From positions 6,234,932 through 6,298,931 of the forward strand of contig CM119263.1 of the NCBI GenBank assembly GCA_051294375.1: 64,000 nt of DNA, read 5' to 3'. The translations under genes and the position numbers were made by a program. The stretch is from Paraspadella gotoi. Lineage: Eukaryota > Animalia > Chaetognatha. The notes under the pieces are model-generated. The model did no database searches and was not told where the DNA came from. It saw nothing but the letters and a program-made list of their open reading frames with translations. Below, one piece after another: positions 30,187 through 43,336 of this stretch. Within the stretch, counting starts at the first letter, position 1; every line of letters starts with the position of its first letter.

Positions 30187-31624
30187 AATAAAAGCCGGTG
30201 CGAGTTGAGTTTAATTAAGGGCAGAGCCTGAAGAGACCTAACGAGTTGAAGAACTGCGATTAGAAAGAGTGCAAGGGAAAAAAGTATTGCGTAGCATTGG
30301 TGATTCGGAGATGTGGAAGAAGGAATCTTTGACTTAATGGCTCCAATTGGCGCTGCATGACTCTAAATGGCACTAAATGGCTGAGTAATGAGTATAAGTG
30401 CAAAGAAATTAGACTAGACTTGAAGCGGTCTGGAGAAGGAGAAAGGAAAGCGTTTGAGCTGAGGCGATTCTAATTTAACATCGAATATAAACTGAATTAA
30501 ATACGAGTAAAACTATATGTAAAAACAGTTGAATGAAAGCGTGGAGAACTAAAGAGGAAGCAAGACAAGAGCTGCAACTCGACGGAAGAGATTCTCTCTC
30601 GTCACGCGATGGAATCAAATCCCCTTCTTAATTTATTTTATGAAAACCGGCGGCGACGATGACGACGACGATAGCGACGAAGATGTCGAAGATGACGACG
30701 ACGATGGTGACGAATATGTCGAGGATGACGACGACGGCGACGATGGCGACGACGATGGCGACAAAGGTGAAATGAAAATGACTTGTCTCGGCATTGACTG
30801 CAAAGATTCTGTTTGAGGTCGGAGTCACCATGGTCTCAGGTTCGATCCCTTTCCTGACTATGTCAGATCTTTACAATTATAAGTTATAACGATAAACCAC
30901 GCTTTGGCGATTCGTTTATGGAAATGTGCAACCTCGTTCTCATGGCGCGAATCTGCTCCTTTCGCATTGAACTCTTTTCAAAATGGAAGAATTGCAAGGA
31001 GAAACTCACAGAAGAAAGACCAAGCATTTTTATTGGAACGAATTATAAAACATGAAAGCGAAGAGTTTTTCCAGGGGAATGCTTCAACAATAATTGAGAT
31101 GAGATTCAACATTTGAAAACATCGCGGATTAAAATAAATAAAATAAGAATTTTTTTATTTTTTTATTTTACGGGAATATTTAATTTTTCCGCGAAGAAAA
31201 AAAAAACGAATAAGTTTAGCGACATTTAAAAGTGAAAAATGGCAAGAGGGGAACACGAAAAAACATACAATCGATCTATATGTCACATTTAAAAGTGATA
31301 AAAAAATTTCACATCGTGAAAAACTTTTTAGGTGCCATCAAGGCATCTTCGGGAGTATTATTATAACATGAATTCGATATCTCAAGAAAAACAAACATAC
31401 ATTGAAAAAAATAATCGAGGAAAGACATTCATTGAATAGTTAACGTTTGAAATTAACGTTTTCTTTTCTAAACATTAAGTGAACACAAAATCTTGCAAAC
31501 AACAAAGAAGTCGTAAGATTTCATTTTTTTTTAAATTACAGATATTTTTTTATTTTTATGTTTTCACCACCACGAAACTTTGAATCGAAAAAAATCAGGA
31601 AATCACGTTGCCCTTTTATTTTTC

Positions 31625-34600
31625 TCAATTTCGCAGTAGTTTTCCCGTTTTTTTGGCGGCGCTTGCAACGGCGCCTCGAGCTCTGCCCGTGGCGCGATCG
31701 ATGGCGCCACGCCCTCTTTCGGTTCTGCTGTTGGCGGCGCCGGCGCCGGGTCCTTTTGCGCCGGCGGCGCCGTCAGTGGCGCCGCGAGGCTCCTTAAGTT
31801 CGACGTTCATATCTCGTGCCATCGTTTTGAGATGAGTGAAAGTTGCCTGAGAAAAATCGGTCGGAAGAGATTGAATCAAAATAGGCAAACAATTAAAGCT
31901 CGATTATTTATTAAAAATATCTGTAAGTACAACAAAACAAAACAAAATTAATCTATATAAACATTTTCCTTCAAAATTGTTCCATGACGAACGACCCCAC
32001 TCGTTTTTTTTTTCTCCGAATCGAATTAAAAACAAAATAAAAATTCGCACGTAATGACGTCGCGACTCGCGAGTTCGAATTCTTCAAATTAAAAGTCACC
32101 TTCATGACGTCAACGCCGCCGTTAATGACGTCGTAAGAGTTGGCGCCCGACGAGGACGACGCCGACGACGACGTCGAAAGCGCCGACGACGACGACGCCT
32201 CCTCGCGCCGCAGATCGCAGGGCCGCGCCAGGCTGCGGCTCCGGCGCGTCAAGGCGCGGGGCTTGGGAGACAAGGAGGCCAGACGGGACGCTGGAAGAGA
32301 AGAGTGAAGGGGGGGGGGTTGGAATAATATTTGGGGAGGAAAAGAAAGAAAAAAATATTTAATCAAAATTAAAGTCATTGCCCGCTTCTTCTAAAGCTAA
32401 ATCGAAGATTGACTGCCCCCGTCTCACTTTGAGCGTTTTTCTTGGAGACGTTCTCCGCCGAAAGGGAAGATGCAGGCTGCTGCGGAGGCGGCTGCTGCAG
32501 CAGGTGCCGCTGTTTGACCTTGGAAGGCGACTCGGACGCGTTCCACGAGCGGCGGCGGTAGGACTCGCAAACGGTGAGCGTCGGCGGGGAGGCGAGGCGC
32601 GATGGGGAGGCGGCGGCGGAGGCGGCGGCGGTGGGCGGGGTGTTGGCGCGCGAGAGGCGTGGCGATGGATTACGTGACCCTTGACGAGAGCATCGAGCAG
32701 AAAAAGACCCTTGGGAATCTGGAGGAGGAAGAGAAATAAAAAGTGATTGAAAAAATTACGCCGAGTGGTTTCGAATTCAGTTTAAAAATGGTGTCTTTTC
32801 AATTCAGATGTCCTACTATACGGCTCGACATGAATATCATATCAGTTATGTTAATAAAATAATCTTTCTTGATGAGTAAAAGTTGTCTCTTTATAGTGAT
32901 AAGTGATAAACTGCGCTAAAGTGACCCGCATTTGAGTTTCTGATTACTTCCATTAAAAACATATTATAAGTCACTTTTCGATCGGTCGGTCGGTCGGTTT
33001 GTTCCACTTACGTTAAAAATGCATATAATTTGCCTATAGTTGGTTTCTTATTTGTGAAGACAGAAAAAACCTCAAATTTAAGGAACTGCTGGCGCCGATT
33101 CAGGAATTACGAAAAAATAGCGAATAAAAGACGGAATTTTGATGCAGTGCATGGCATAAATACACCGGCAAAAAAAGTATTTTAGTCATGTCATGTCATG
33201 TCAAGTCATATCATATCATGTCACTGCGGCGCAACACATTGGTTCTTGTTTCTTTTAATTGACTCTCACCCACCGATCCCTGTCTTCCGCAAATTTCTTA
33301 TCTCAACAAATTCAAATTGTGTTTCACAAGCGGAAGTTGCTTTCACGGAGTAGAGCTTGCAAAGGCCCTGTTGTTCTGATAATTATGTATGACATCGTTC
33401 TCTGTATTGTAGCGGTTCTCAGTCCACAAACCTACTAATATAATTTTATAAAAAGTATAAAAAGAAAAAAAGAGTAAGACTCGAGAAGAAAATGAGAAAT
33501 CACATTAAGAAAAGAAAGTAGAGTTGATAAGACGGGAAAATGAGAGAAAATAAAAGAGAGATGGTTTCACTTTCAGGGACATGAGAAGATTACAAAATAA
33601 TTATGGCTGCGAAAAGAAATTAAAAAGAGAAGTCGGAAAGAAGACGGGGGGGGGAATGAAGAATTTAACGTTCTGTTTTCTTACGTATATTATTTTATTA
33701 TTAGACATTGAGTAATTTTCTTTCGTTTCGTTGCGTTTGAGAATAGCGGAAAGGTATAAGATTTTTTTTATTGTCAACAACGATAATTTAATTAATTTAT
33801 TAATTAAATTATCGTTGTTGACAATAGAAAAAAACTTATACCTTTCCGCTATTTTATTATTCATAATTTAGAATAAGAATCTTTTCCTTCCTTCTACTTA
33901 TAAAGATCTATTAATTTCTTCTCAATCTTTTTTCTGGTTTCCTATTGGTTTATTTTCTATATTTCGCATGTTATTGGTACAAAGTAGTATATAGTATATA
34001 CGAAACAAAAAGGTAAAAAATTAAGGTTTAACTCTTAGGAAGATAATATATGTTGATTATTTGAAATTGTTTTGTAAAATTATTTTAATTCTTTTAATAC
34101 TTGTGCGTTTGTCCGCATTTTTTCTCATTATGTCATTGTCTGTCAATATCCAATTGGGTCAATTTGGAATATTTATCGCGTCCTAATTAATTATTTGATG
34201 GAATTAGAATTGGCCCTCTGCTTTCTGAGAGAAAAACCCGCAACAATTATAATTATTACTTATACTAAAAAGGTTAATATTGCACGTTATCATCATTATT
34301 ATAAAAAAAAGAAGAAAATACTGAACAATGTACTATTTTGAAATACTTTTATTACGTAATTCTCCTTTTGCCTTGTTTTCATTTTCTCATAAATTTCTAA
34401 AGATAAGCGCAAGATATTAGGGAAAAAAAATGATAACAAAAGAAAAAGGAAAGCTCGACGAAAGAAAAAGCCCGGGTTATATTCAGCAGAAGGTAAAAAA
34501 ACGGGTTGAATTCAGAAGGGGAAAAAACAAAGAAACTCAAGAGGGTAAAGGAGATAATAGAGACGGATGAATCTATATATCGGTAAGAGATGAATGAATA

Positions 34601-36068
34601 AACAAGATGAGGATACGAAATGATGAATCAAAGGTCAGAAAAATGATGGAGAAAAATTCAATGATGGATTTAAAATAAAATTCCGAAATTCTAGGATGTC
34701 AAATGCTAAAATGAATGGAAGAATTATAGTTACATATAAAGTAATATTTAAGAAAAAAAAGTGATTGTCCATTGGACAATGTCCAAACACCAGATGACTG
34801 ATTATCTTTTCAGGAACGGATTAGAGAGACGAACGAACGGATTCGATACGAACAAAGCGAATCGCGACAGATGGCGCAGTTGATTAGATAAGTTCCCACC
34901 TTCCAAACCGCTTAAGCCGCCATAATTATTTCCCGCTCAGGTCCATCCTATATATTTTTCGCATCCGCGGTTCCAAGCCGACTCGCGTTTATGACTCGTG
35001 GCAAAAAAACCGTCTGCTCGAATTAGCCTCAGCGAAGGTTTTTCTCGCCACCTCCTCTTTACAAAGAGAACAAATTTTCATTCCCTTTGTCTTCCCCTAC
35101 TCGCCAAAACCCCTAGCCTTGCCCAAACAACCACCTACCAATCTTCCTTTAATTTCTTATTTATCACAGATCCAGTCTTCACTGTTTTAGTTTTTTTTTT
35201 CGATTCGCTAATTCTATCATTATCACTAGATTAGATGCTTTAATTTTTATTTTATCTCCCATTCACCGCTTCACGCACTTGTGAAATCGTCACCGCTTCC
35301 TAGATCCAGCTTTTCCCTCGCCACGCAACTTTTCAATGTGCGTTCACGTTTCCGATAAAGCGTTCACCACGACGATTCACGATCCGGTTTTCTCCCTCTC
35401 ACCGTCAACCTCTTCCTCTTTCTCTTATTTCAACTCGAAAAGGGCATCGCAGTGTCGCTGCGTCGCCGCCTCACAGTATCGCCGCATTGCGTGTCGCGCT
35501 GCCGCCGCCGGAATCGCGCGCGGCGAGAGGCAACGCCCTCTTTTATCTAATCCCCCTCTTCATCGCTTTCCCGTTTCGACTGACGCGTTTAGAGTTCTTT
35601 GCGACCGTGACACAGTGGCTTAAGTTAGGAGCGACACGATAGAGTAGTCGTGACGCGATGGCTTTATCGTGACGCGACCGGCATCTTCGTGATACGCTGG
35701 TTTTTTTAACGGTTTCTAAGTTATTAGTAGAAATCTCCTGGCCGCACAAGACAATAATGTCAATAAAGCAGCGATAAGATCGTTCGACACAATATGATTA
35801 TGGCGAATGTCGTAAAATCCATAGTTAACGCCACAGTCTAATAAATTAAGTCAAACAAGTAGGCTTACAGCCTCACTGTCTGCTTTCAAAACTCGCGTAA
35901 CGCGATCTTCTTACGTGACGCTAACACGATTGCGACGCCATTTTGCGTCGTTTGATGACCCCACGCGCCGCACATGACGGCTTCAATTTGGCGTCCTTTA
36001 TATTGGTTGTACCAATTTCATATACATATATCGGTCAGGCCATCTGAGGACTTTTTTTAAATTTATTT

Positions 36069-36148
<80 letters not shown>

Positions 36149-36733
36149 TTTTTTTATTTATTTATTTATTTATTTATTTATATCAATTTATTTTTACATA
36201 ATCCTGACAATTTTTTTTTGTGTCTACCGAAAGATAGGAAATATAACTTTTTTGAATAAGCATCATTGTCTTAATTGATTATATTTGTAAAGTTAAAAAT
36301 GACGACGTTCGTTCACTTTTTGACTGTAGTTAAAAAGGTACGAAACTTTACGTAAACAAATAGTTTAGTTATAGAATTAACACGAATTGCATATTAATCC
36401 ATATAACCAAAACGTGAAAGAAACATAGCGATACACAGTGAAACATAGTAGAACCAAAATGTCGAATCAACGACTCAAAAATGTTCATCTACCGAAGAAG
36501 ACTCGAAACCGTGACGCCCCGTGACGCCACTTTCGTCAACGCGGTGACGTCTCGTTCGCGTCGTCTGCTAAAAATAGCCTCCACGTCGAATCTCTTTTTT
36601 TTCCCTTCGTCGAGAGAAACTCCCAGGGGAGAATTTTTTTGTTTTTTTTTGAGGGGGTGGGAAACGGCGAAGTGGGAGAAGGAGGGTTGTAGAGGGGAAC
36701 AAGTGGAGGCCCTCCAGGTGGGAATGTAAATGA

Positions 36734-36767
<34 letters not shown>

Positions 36768-37413
36768 AGAGGAGAGAGAGAGAGAAGAGAGAGAGAAGAC
36801 ACTGCTAAGCAGTCACACGCCGAGAACTCATCCGCTCCCGGCGCAGGCAACCGTCCCACCTTCCTACACTGGGACCCTCCGGGTTGGAGAGACGAGAGAG
36901 AGAGAGAGAGAGAGAGACACGCTACACACATCCACCTATTTTGACCGCTCGTCTCACAGCAGCGGGTCCTCGCTTGTTTCTCTTAAGTATACGTAAATAT
37001 AACATGACATGACGCGAAATAACTTACTCAAATCTTTCGTCGTCGTCGCCGTCTTGTCGTCTTTGATGCTGCAGAGATCGTCCGGCTCCGAGATGCAGAG
37101 TCGAGGCAGGGAAGGGTAACCATCTTCCTCCTCCTCTTCCTCCTTTTTGCTTCCAAAGTTGACGCCCTGGTTGAGTTTAATTAGGAAAAGTTATTACTCT
37201 CTCGTTTCAAATGTTTACAAAAATAGTAAAGAAAGAAATCTTGTGACTTTCACAAAATACGAAAATTTGATCGCGAAAGATCGAGCGGTTGTAGAATATT
37301 ATAATTTTGATATACTTGTGACTGTATTAATTAATAGAGTCAGAGAAGAAGTAATTATATTCAGTCCTTGATTATTAAGTCACACGCTTTTCCTTTTATA
37401 AAGATAAAGTTCG

Positions 37414-37464
<51 letters not shown>

Positions 37465-37840
37465 GATCGTTTCCACAGCTTCGACCAGGGGCCTTTCTCG
37501 CCGCCCAGGCTGCTGTGCAGGTATGTCTCAGCATGTTTCATGCGGTTGGACATGGACTTCGTGTCTAGCTGCAGTTGATTTCCCGGGTCAGTGAACATAG
37601 ACAACGCTTTGGCACCGAACCCGTCCGAATCTGGGAAAGGCGGAGGTTAGTAAGAGACCGTGTAACAATAGGCGCTAACATAGTGGTACGAGCGGTGAAN
37701 NNNNNNNNNNNNNNNNNNNNNNNNNNNNNNNNNNNNNNNNNNNNNNNNNNNNNNNNNNNNNNNNNNNNNNNNNNNNNNNNNNNNNNNNNNNNNNNNNNNT
37801 ATTTTAGTATAGATTAGTTACATTTTTACAGACCGAGAAC

Positions 37841-37889
<49 letters not shown>

Positions 37890-38335
37890 AGCGAGAGTAA
37901 ACTTTACATAGATAATAACTAACTATAATTCAATAAACTCAATAGATTTACGAAACCTCGTACAATTCCAGCCTCACCGGTTGTGTAGGCGATGACCTTC
38001 TGCACCGCGGCGGAGATTCCATCATTGTTTTCCTCCGTCGACTTCAGATCCGCCAAAACTTCTTCTTCCCGGCGTCGTTGTTCCTCGGATTTCGGCGCGG
38101 ATTTCCCCCCCGAAAGGCGCCGGCAAGGGGACGGCGGCGGAGCCATTTTTTCGGCCGTGGGGACTCGAATGGGCGTAACCGGCGCCGTTTTGTCGGAGAG
38201 GCGACGCGGAGGCGAGGGCGGGTCGGATTTGTCGGAAGAGCGCCGCGAGGCCGACGCCGGTTCCAAGCGTGAGGCGAAGGATTCGCAGGGGAACGAAGGA
38301 TCGAGAGCAGGGAATTCGAAAGAGGGTTGGCTGGG
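31625..38335 (-). CDS. Divergent SNAP-25/SNAP-23/SNAP-29-family Qbc-SNARE-like protein (at least 6 exons)
   Basis: In-frame GT-AG exons 38335-37978, 37630-37464, 37166-37028, 32718-32428, 32290-32100 and 31846-31625(stop). A likely first coding exon ends at 39882 (METRREK, ATG 39902, or an upstream ATG). Motif 1 AVQKVIAYTTDSDGFGAKALSMFTDPGNQL...MKHAETYL aligns to SNAP-25 [30 protein letters not shown]...MKEAEKNL. Motif 2 INGGVDVMKATFTHLKTMARDMNVELKEP...KTGKLL aligns to [29 protein letters not shown]...RATKML. There is no TM anchor, as expected for Qbc SNAREs. Confidence 0.72.
37700..37799. other. Assembly gap (others at 8036-8060 and 28910-28919)
   Basis: N runs. Confidence 0.99.
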
Positions 38336-38369
38336 CTGGAAGGGGTGGGGTAGAGGGGCGTATTTTTAA

Positions 38370-38423
<54 letters not shown>

Positions 38424-38537
38424 CTCTCTCTCTCTTCAAAAAATTAAATATTGAAAAGAAAAGTATTGGTTAACCTACAGGCTATGGCTACAAAAGTTCT
38501 ATATTTCAATACATTATTTTTTTAAAAATGATATTAA

Positions 38538-38706
38538 TTAAAAACGAAAATTTTCGTGGAACAACAACAACAACAACATCTGATGCTGATGAAGGCTTGA
38601 TTTGTGAGCCGAAACATGTCCAAAGTTAATAAAAACTTTATTGTTGTTCCACGAAAATTTTCGTTTTTAATTAATCTCAACAAACAACAAAAGAAAGGAT
38701 TAATAC
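38538..38706 (+). mobile_element. Short palindromic Penelope-like remnant with a hammerhead core and 14 bp TSD
   Basis: Inverted arms ATTAATTAAAAACGAAAATTTTCGTGGAACAACA / TGTTGTTCCACGAAAATTTTCGTTTTTAATTAAT. Core CTGATGA-A-GGCT..AGCC-GAAACATGTC at 38586-38620. Direct repeat AAAAATGATATTAA at 38524-38537 and 38707-38720. Confidence 0.7.
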
Positions 38707-38796
38707 AAAAATGATATTAAAAATTAGGTCATTTTATTTTACTAATTTTGCAGTCAGTAGCAGGAAAATTATTAATCCGCATTGCGCCAAGAGCTC

Positions 38797-39096
38797 AAAA
38801 TTTCGGCCTTGTAACCGAAACGCCCCATTTCATCTTAAATTTTAAATTAAATGTTAAATTAAGGATTAGGTTAAGCAGTAAATTTAGGAAGAAGTGAGAG
38901 ATTCGGTGAGTGATTATGGTAAGGGATTAAGGGTAAGGGATACAGAGTTCAGGGTTAAGGGAAAGGGTTAATGATTAAGGTTAGAAATTAGGGTTAAGGG
39001 TTTGGTAATTACATAGGGTTAAATATTAAGATTAAAATTAAGGTCAGGGATTAGTAACAGAAATGGGGCGCTTTTAGAAAGAGAGCCAAACTTTTT
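38797..39096. mobile_element. Foldback/MITE-like element with an internal degenerate TTAGGG/TTAAGGG array
   Basis: Imperfect inverted ends AAACGCCCCATTT (38818-38830) / AAATGGGGCGCTTT (39061-39074) enclose GGGTTAAGGG/GGTTAG-rich sequence. Confidence 0.45.
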
Positions 39097-39520
39097 AGGA
39101 AGAAAAATACAGCGCTGACTCCGACTCATCCATTTTCTGATAACAAACGAAGAACTCCGCCCCTTTGACGTCACCAGTTTTGTTCTTGGCGCGAGTTGGA
39201 ATGATTGGATGTTTTAATCAAAAATCAAAATACCATGCTCTCGCCTCTTATGACAACAAATTATAAAATATGAAAAAAACGCTTGCTAATCATAAATTAA
39301 CGGAAGTTTCTCTAAAACCTAAAAATTTTAGAAAAACACAGATAAAACCGCAAAATTTTACTACGAGTTCTGTTAAGTTTTGTGACGAGATATAATTATT
39401 TAATAATAATAGCCTTTATTAATAGACAGGAAAGGTTAGCAACTCGTTTCTAATTTCAAGTTTATTATCATTTCTCCTCATATTCGTAACGTTTCCTTTC
39501 TTTTAGTTTTTATTATTAAT

Positions 39521-39665
39521 AGAGTTAAAAAGTTTTAGAGATTTTATTTTCATTAAACAACGAGTTAACGCTGAAGAAGGTTTTAAAATTAAACCGAAAC
39601 ATGTCCGATATTAAATGTTAACACGTTGTTTAATGAAAATGAAATATCTACAACTTTGTAACTCC
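39521..39665 (+). mobile_element. Short palindromic Penelope-like remnant with a hammerhead core
   Basis: Imperfect inverted arms (..TTTTCATTAAACAACGAGTTAAC / GTTAACACGTTGTTTAATGAAAA..) around CTGAAGA-A-GGTTT..AAACC-GAAACATGTC at 39571-39605. Confidence 0.6.
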
Positions 39666-40265
39666 ATTTCTCTTCAATATTTTGTCAAGATTCACAAAAT
39701 CAGAGAGAAAATTTTGTTAAAAATGATTTATTATTTGAGCTTTGACTCAAAATAAATATTTCTATTCTAAACAAGCAAAACGTCAGACAAGAAAAAAATG
39801 ACCTCTCCATTGCATAATCTAGCAGCCATAAAAAAACAATTCGCAACTCTTTTTTTTTCACCGAAAACCAAAGCGGCTAACCTTTTCCCTTCTCGTTTCC
39901 ATGACGACGGCCAAAAGCGAAGCCTGAAAAGTGGAATCTTCAAATCGACGATTGTCGATGAAGGGCGGAACCGCGAGGCGCATCATCTTCGCGGCGAAGA
40001 GCGTCGTCGGCGTCGACGACCAAGTTGAGAGGCCTGTCGTTGTTGTTGTCGTGATTTCTGTTACCGTCGTCGTCGTCGTCGAGGATCGATGATGGAGTGA
40101 GTCTGAGACGAACGGGCGCCATTTTTATAACCGCCAAAGACGTCGAAACAAAAGATCGATTTTGATTCATTCAACTCAAATTTCGTCTTTGACGACGAAG
40201 AAGAGAAAAGGCGCGTTTCTGACTCTTTTCTCTCTCTCTTTTCTCTCTCTCTCTCTCTCTCTCAC

Positions 40266-40370
<105 letters not shown>

Positions 40371-41273
40371 GGCCCCGCCGGTGCGCGCGCGGAAGCGACG
40401 ACGAAAAAGACGACGCGACAAAAAGACGACTTTTTTTCATTCGTCGGAACCTGGCGCCGTTTCGACGACGACGACGACGACGACGATGACGACGAAAGAT
40501 AATACGTCAATAAGACGTCATTAGCCTTGACAGTGTGACACTGGATGTGACGCTGGATAATGTCAAAGACTGGAATGGCGGAAAAATAGTTGTTGCGGTG
40601 GTTGTTTGGCTAAAGTCTGGAGACGAGCAGCGGTCAAGGTCGACCGTTCTTTTCCGTCGGTCTAAGACCTTATTTAGTAAAAAAGAGCGAAAATTAAAAT
40701 CGGTGTCCCTACTTTCGTACTTTTAAGCTTATTTATAATAATTTCTTAGTTTTTAATGTCTAATATCCAATGTCGCAAAGAAATTTAAATTAGAATAAGA
40801 ATTATGATTTAGGCGAGTGACGATTTGGAGTATTACGAGTTAGATAGAGGGTGTCGGACATTTTCAAAGGCACTGAACAAGTGAACAACTGAACATATTA
40901 ATGTCAAAAGAGTAGTCTTTTCCTAATTACGATTTTTTTTACAAAATCTAGAAAAGATCATTTTTTATTGTGAAATCCTGCACAGTGCTCACAGTGCTCA
41001 AACTCTTTTGCTATGACATGACAAAGTCACTTGATAGAAAATTAAAAATTATCTACTATATTCCTTAGATAAAATTCCCTCGGTTAGTAAACGACGCAAT
41101 TTATTTTTGTCGTTGGTTTTTCTGTTTTGTTGTTGTTGTTTGTTTGGGCAACGGAAGCCAGGTCACGTGGGTCGATCCCCACGGAAGCCAAACCGCGGAA
41201 AAGGGATGAAGACTGGTTCCGCTGACTTGGAACAGAAAAGGCAAGGAAGGGAGGGAGAGGAGGTATGAGGATG

Positions 41274-41389
<116 letters not shown>

Positions 41390-42988
41390 AAATAAAAGAC
41401 TGAAAGAGTTGCAGATAAAGAGAGAGTGCGTATATCGATTTTCTAAAACTAAAAGAGGGAAAAAAAAGGAAAAAGGGAGAAGATGACAGGATTGGCCTTG
41501 AAGATTCTAAATGATCTTTATCTCTCGAGTCAAAAAAAAAAATATTTCTTTGCTGTGACGTCAGAGAAATGGAGAAGCCGCGACAATCGTCGTTGTTGTT
41601 GTCATCCATTGAAATAAGTGAAGTCGAATTCAATTTTCGTCTTTAAAGTTAACCAGTGGACTGCTCGACTTTTACTCTTTTACGCATAAATAATATATAT
41701 AATAATAATATCTATTATAAATGCTATACAACCCAGGAGACATTTTGGCATCGAAGCATGTTAGCAACTTAGAAATCGTGACGTCATAATCCCGAGAAAT
41801 GGATCTCACTCTTCGTTCTTGCGTCACAACCGAAGGGAGAGATGACGAGGTGAGAAAAGAGGGAAGAAGACGAGTGGAGATGAGAGAAATCGGCGGGGAG
41901 GACTCGAAAGACAATTCTCGTCTCGTTTTAAAAATTAATAAAATCTGACTCGACGCCTAATTCCCGCCAATCATTAGGCGGATTAGCATCGTATTTAAAG
42001 AGATATAGATTCTTTGATTTATTTTATCAAGTTGTGTCCTTGCAATAACTGTCTCACACCAGCTTGAACTTACTTCAGTTACATTAGTTTTCTAAAAAGA
42101 AAAGCAACTTTTAGATTCAATGAATTTTTTACTCGATCGTAACAAAATAACTAACAATCACTAGGAGTTATGATTCACGCGTTAAGTACAGTTAAGCTAT
42201 GAAAAGAATTATGTAAATTTTTATGTAGTAAAGGAATACGATTTTTTTTTCGGTTAAACAGTTTATTTGAAGGAGCACCCCAAATTTGAGAAAGTTGATC
42301 TATCAATTATCGTATTGCTATTAAAACAAACAATAAGAGCGTAACAAAAACAACACACACTATGCGGGGAAAATGACAAAATTCCATAACTATCGTCAAA
42401 TAAAATGTAAACAACGTCGATTTAATAATGGTCTTTTATAATGTTTGACTTGATTATAAAAAAAAAACTCATTTTGATTTATGAATTTTAAATAGGGATT
42501 GTCAAATGTAGATCGCCGAAAGAAAATAATATTTCTTCGTACAAGACATTCAGTCGAAGAATTAATCTGCTCGTGATCATATCAGATAATCAACTCTTAC
42601 ATTAACAAGCTATTATCGCAGTTTTATATTTTCATTTCCAATTTAGACTTTCCATAATGATTTGGAATCCGTAAAGATATATATATTTGCTAAACACAAA
42701 TTTCTCAACCAGAAACTGTCAACAGTCAAGTACTTCACGGAAACAAATATTCTTTTTCTTCATCACTAAAAACTCGAAAATAAAATCACACCAATCACTT
42801 CATTATTCATTACAAAAAAAGGTTGCATTCAAAATTAAAAAAGGAAAGGCACTAATAGTGAAATTTTAAAAAAGGTTTTGACGACTAGAAGTATAATTAC
42901 ATTCAAAAAAAACCAAAAAAAGAGAAACAAAAATCACATGCGGTGGAAACTCATGCGAGAAGAATATAAAAATTATGAGAGAGAGAGG

Positions 42989-43026
<38 letters not shown>

Positions 43027-43040
43027 GAGAGAGAGGAGAG

Positions 43041-43135
<95 letters not shown>

Positions 43136-43336
43136 AGAGACTTGGTGGGAAAAGTATTAATTTTCATAATGTTTTCTTTAGTCTTTAGACTCTAAGCACT
43201 TAAATACATATCTATTTTAAGACCATCGAATATGATTTTATGACTAATCTTTGACTAAAACGTATTTGACGGACACAGCCAACACTGCCGCCGCCACCGC
43301 CTCCGCCGCAGCTTCCGCCGGCTCCGCTGCCGTCGA

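Noticed and set aside
36800-36990. Extra small exons for the SNARE-like gene (e.g. an RTRCCE Cys-containing segment)
   Set aside because: I could not find a phase-consistent splice path, and the model is already in frame without them. RNA evidence is needed.
38900-39055. Telomere-like TTAGGG repeats
   Set aside because: The array is highly degenerate, internal and enclosed by inverted repeats, so it is part of a repeat element rather than a telomere.
39940-40170. ORF MAPVRLRLTPSS... as the N-terminus of the SNARE-like gene
   Set aside because: It ends in a stop before the best donor (39881). It may be a uORF or 5' UTR sequence; unresolved.
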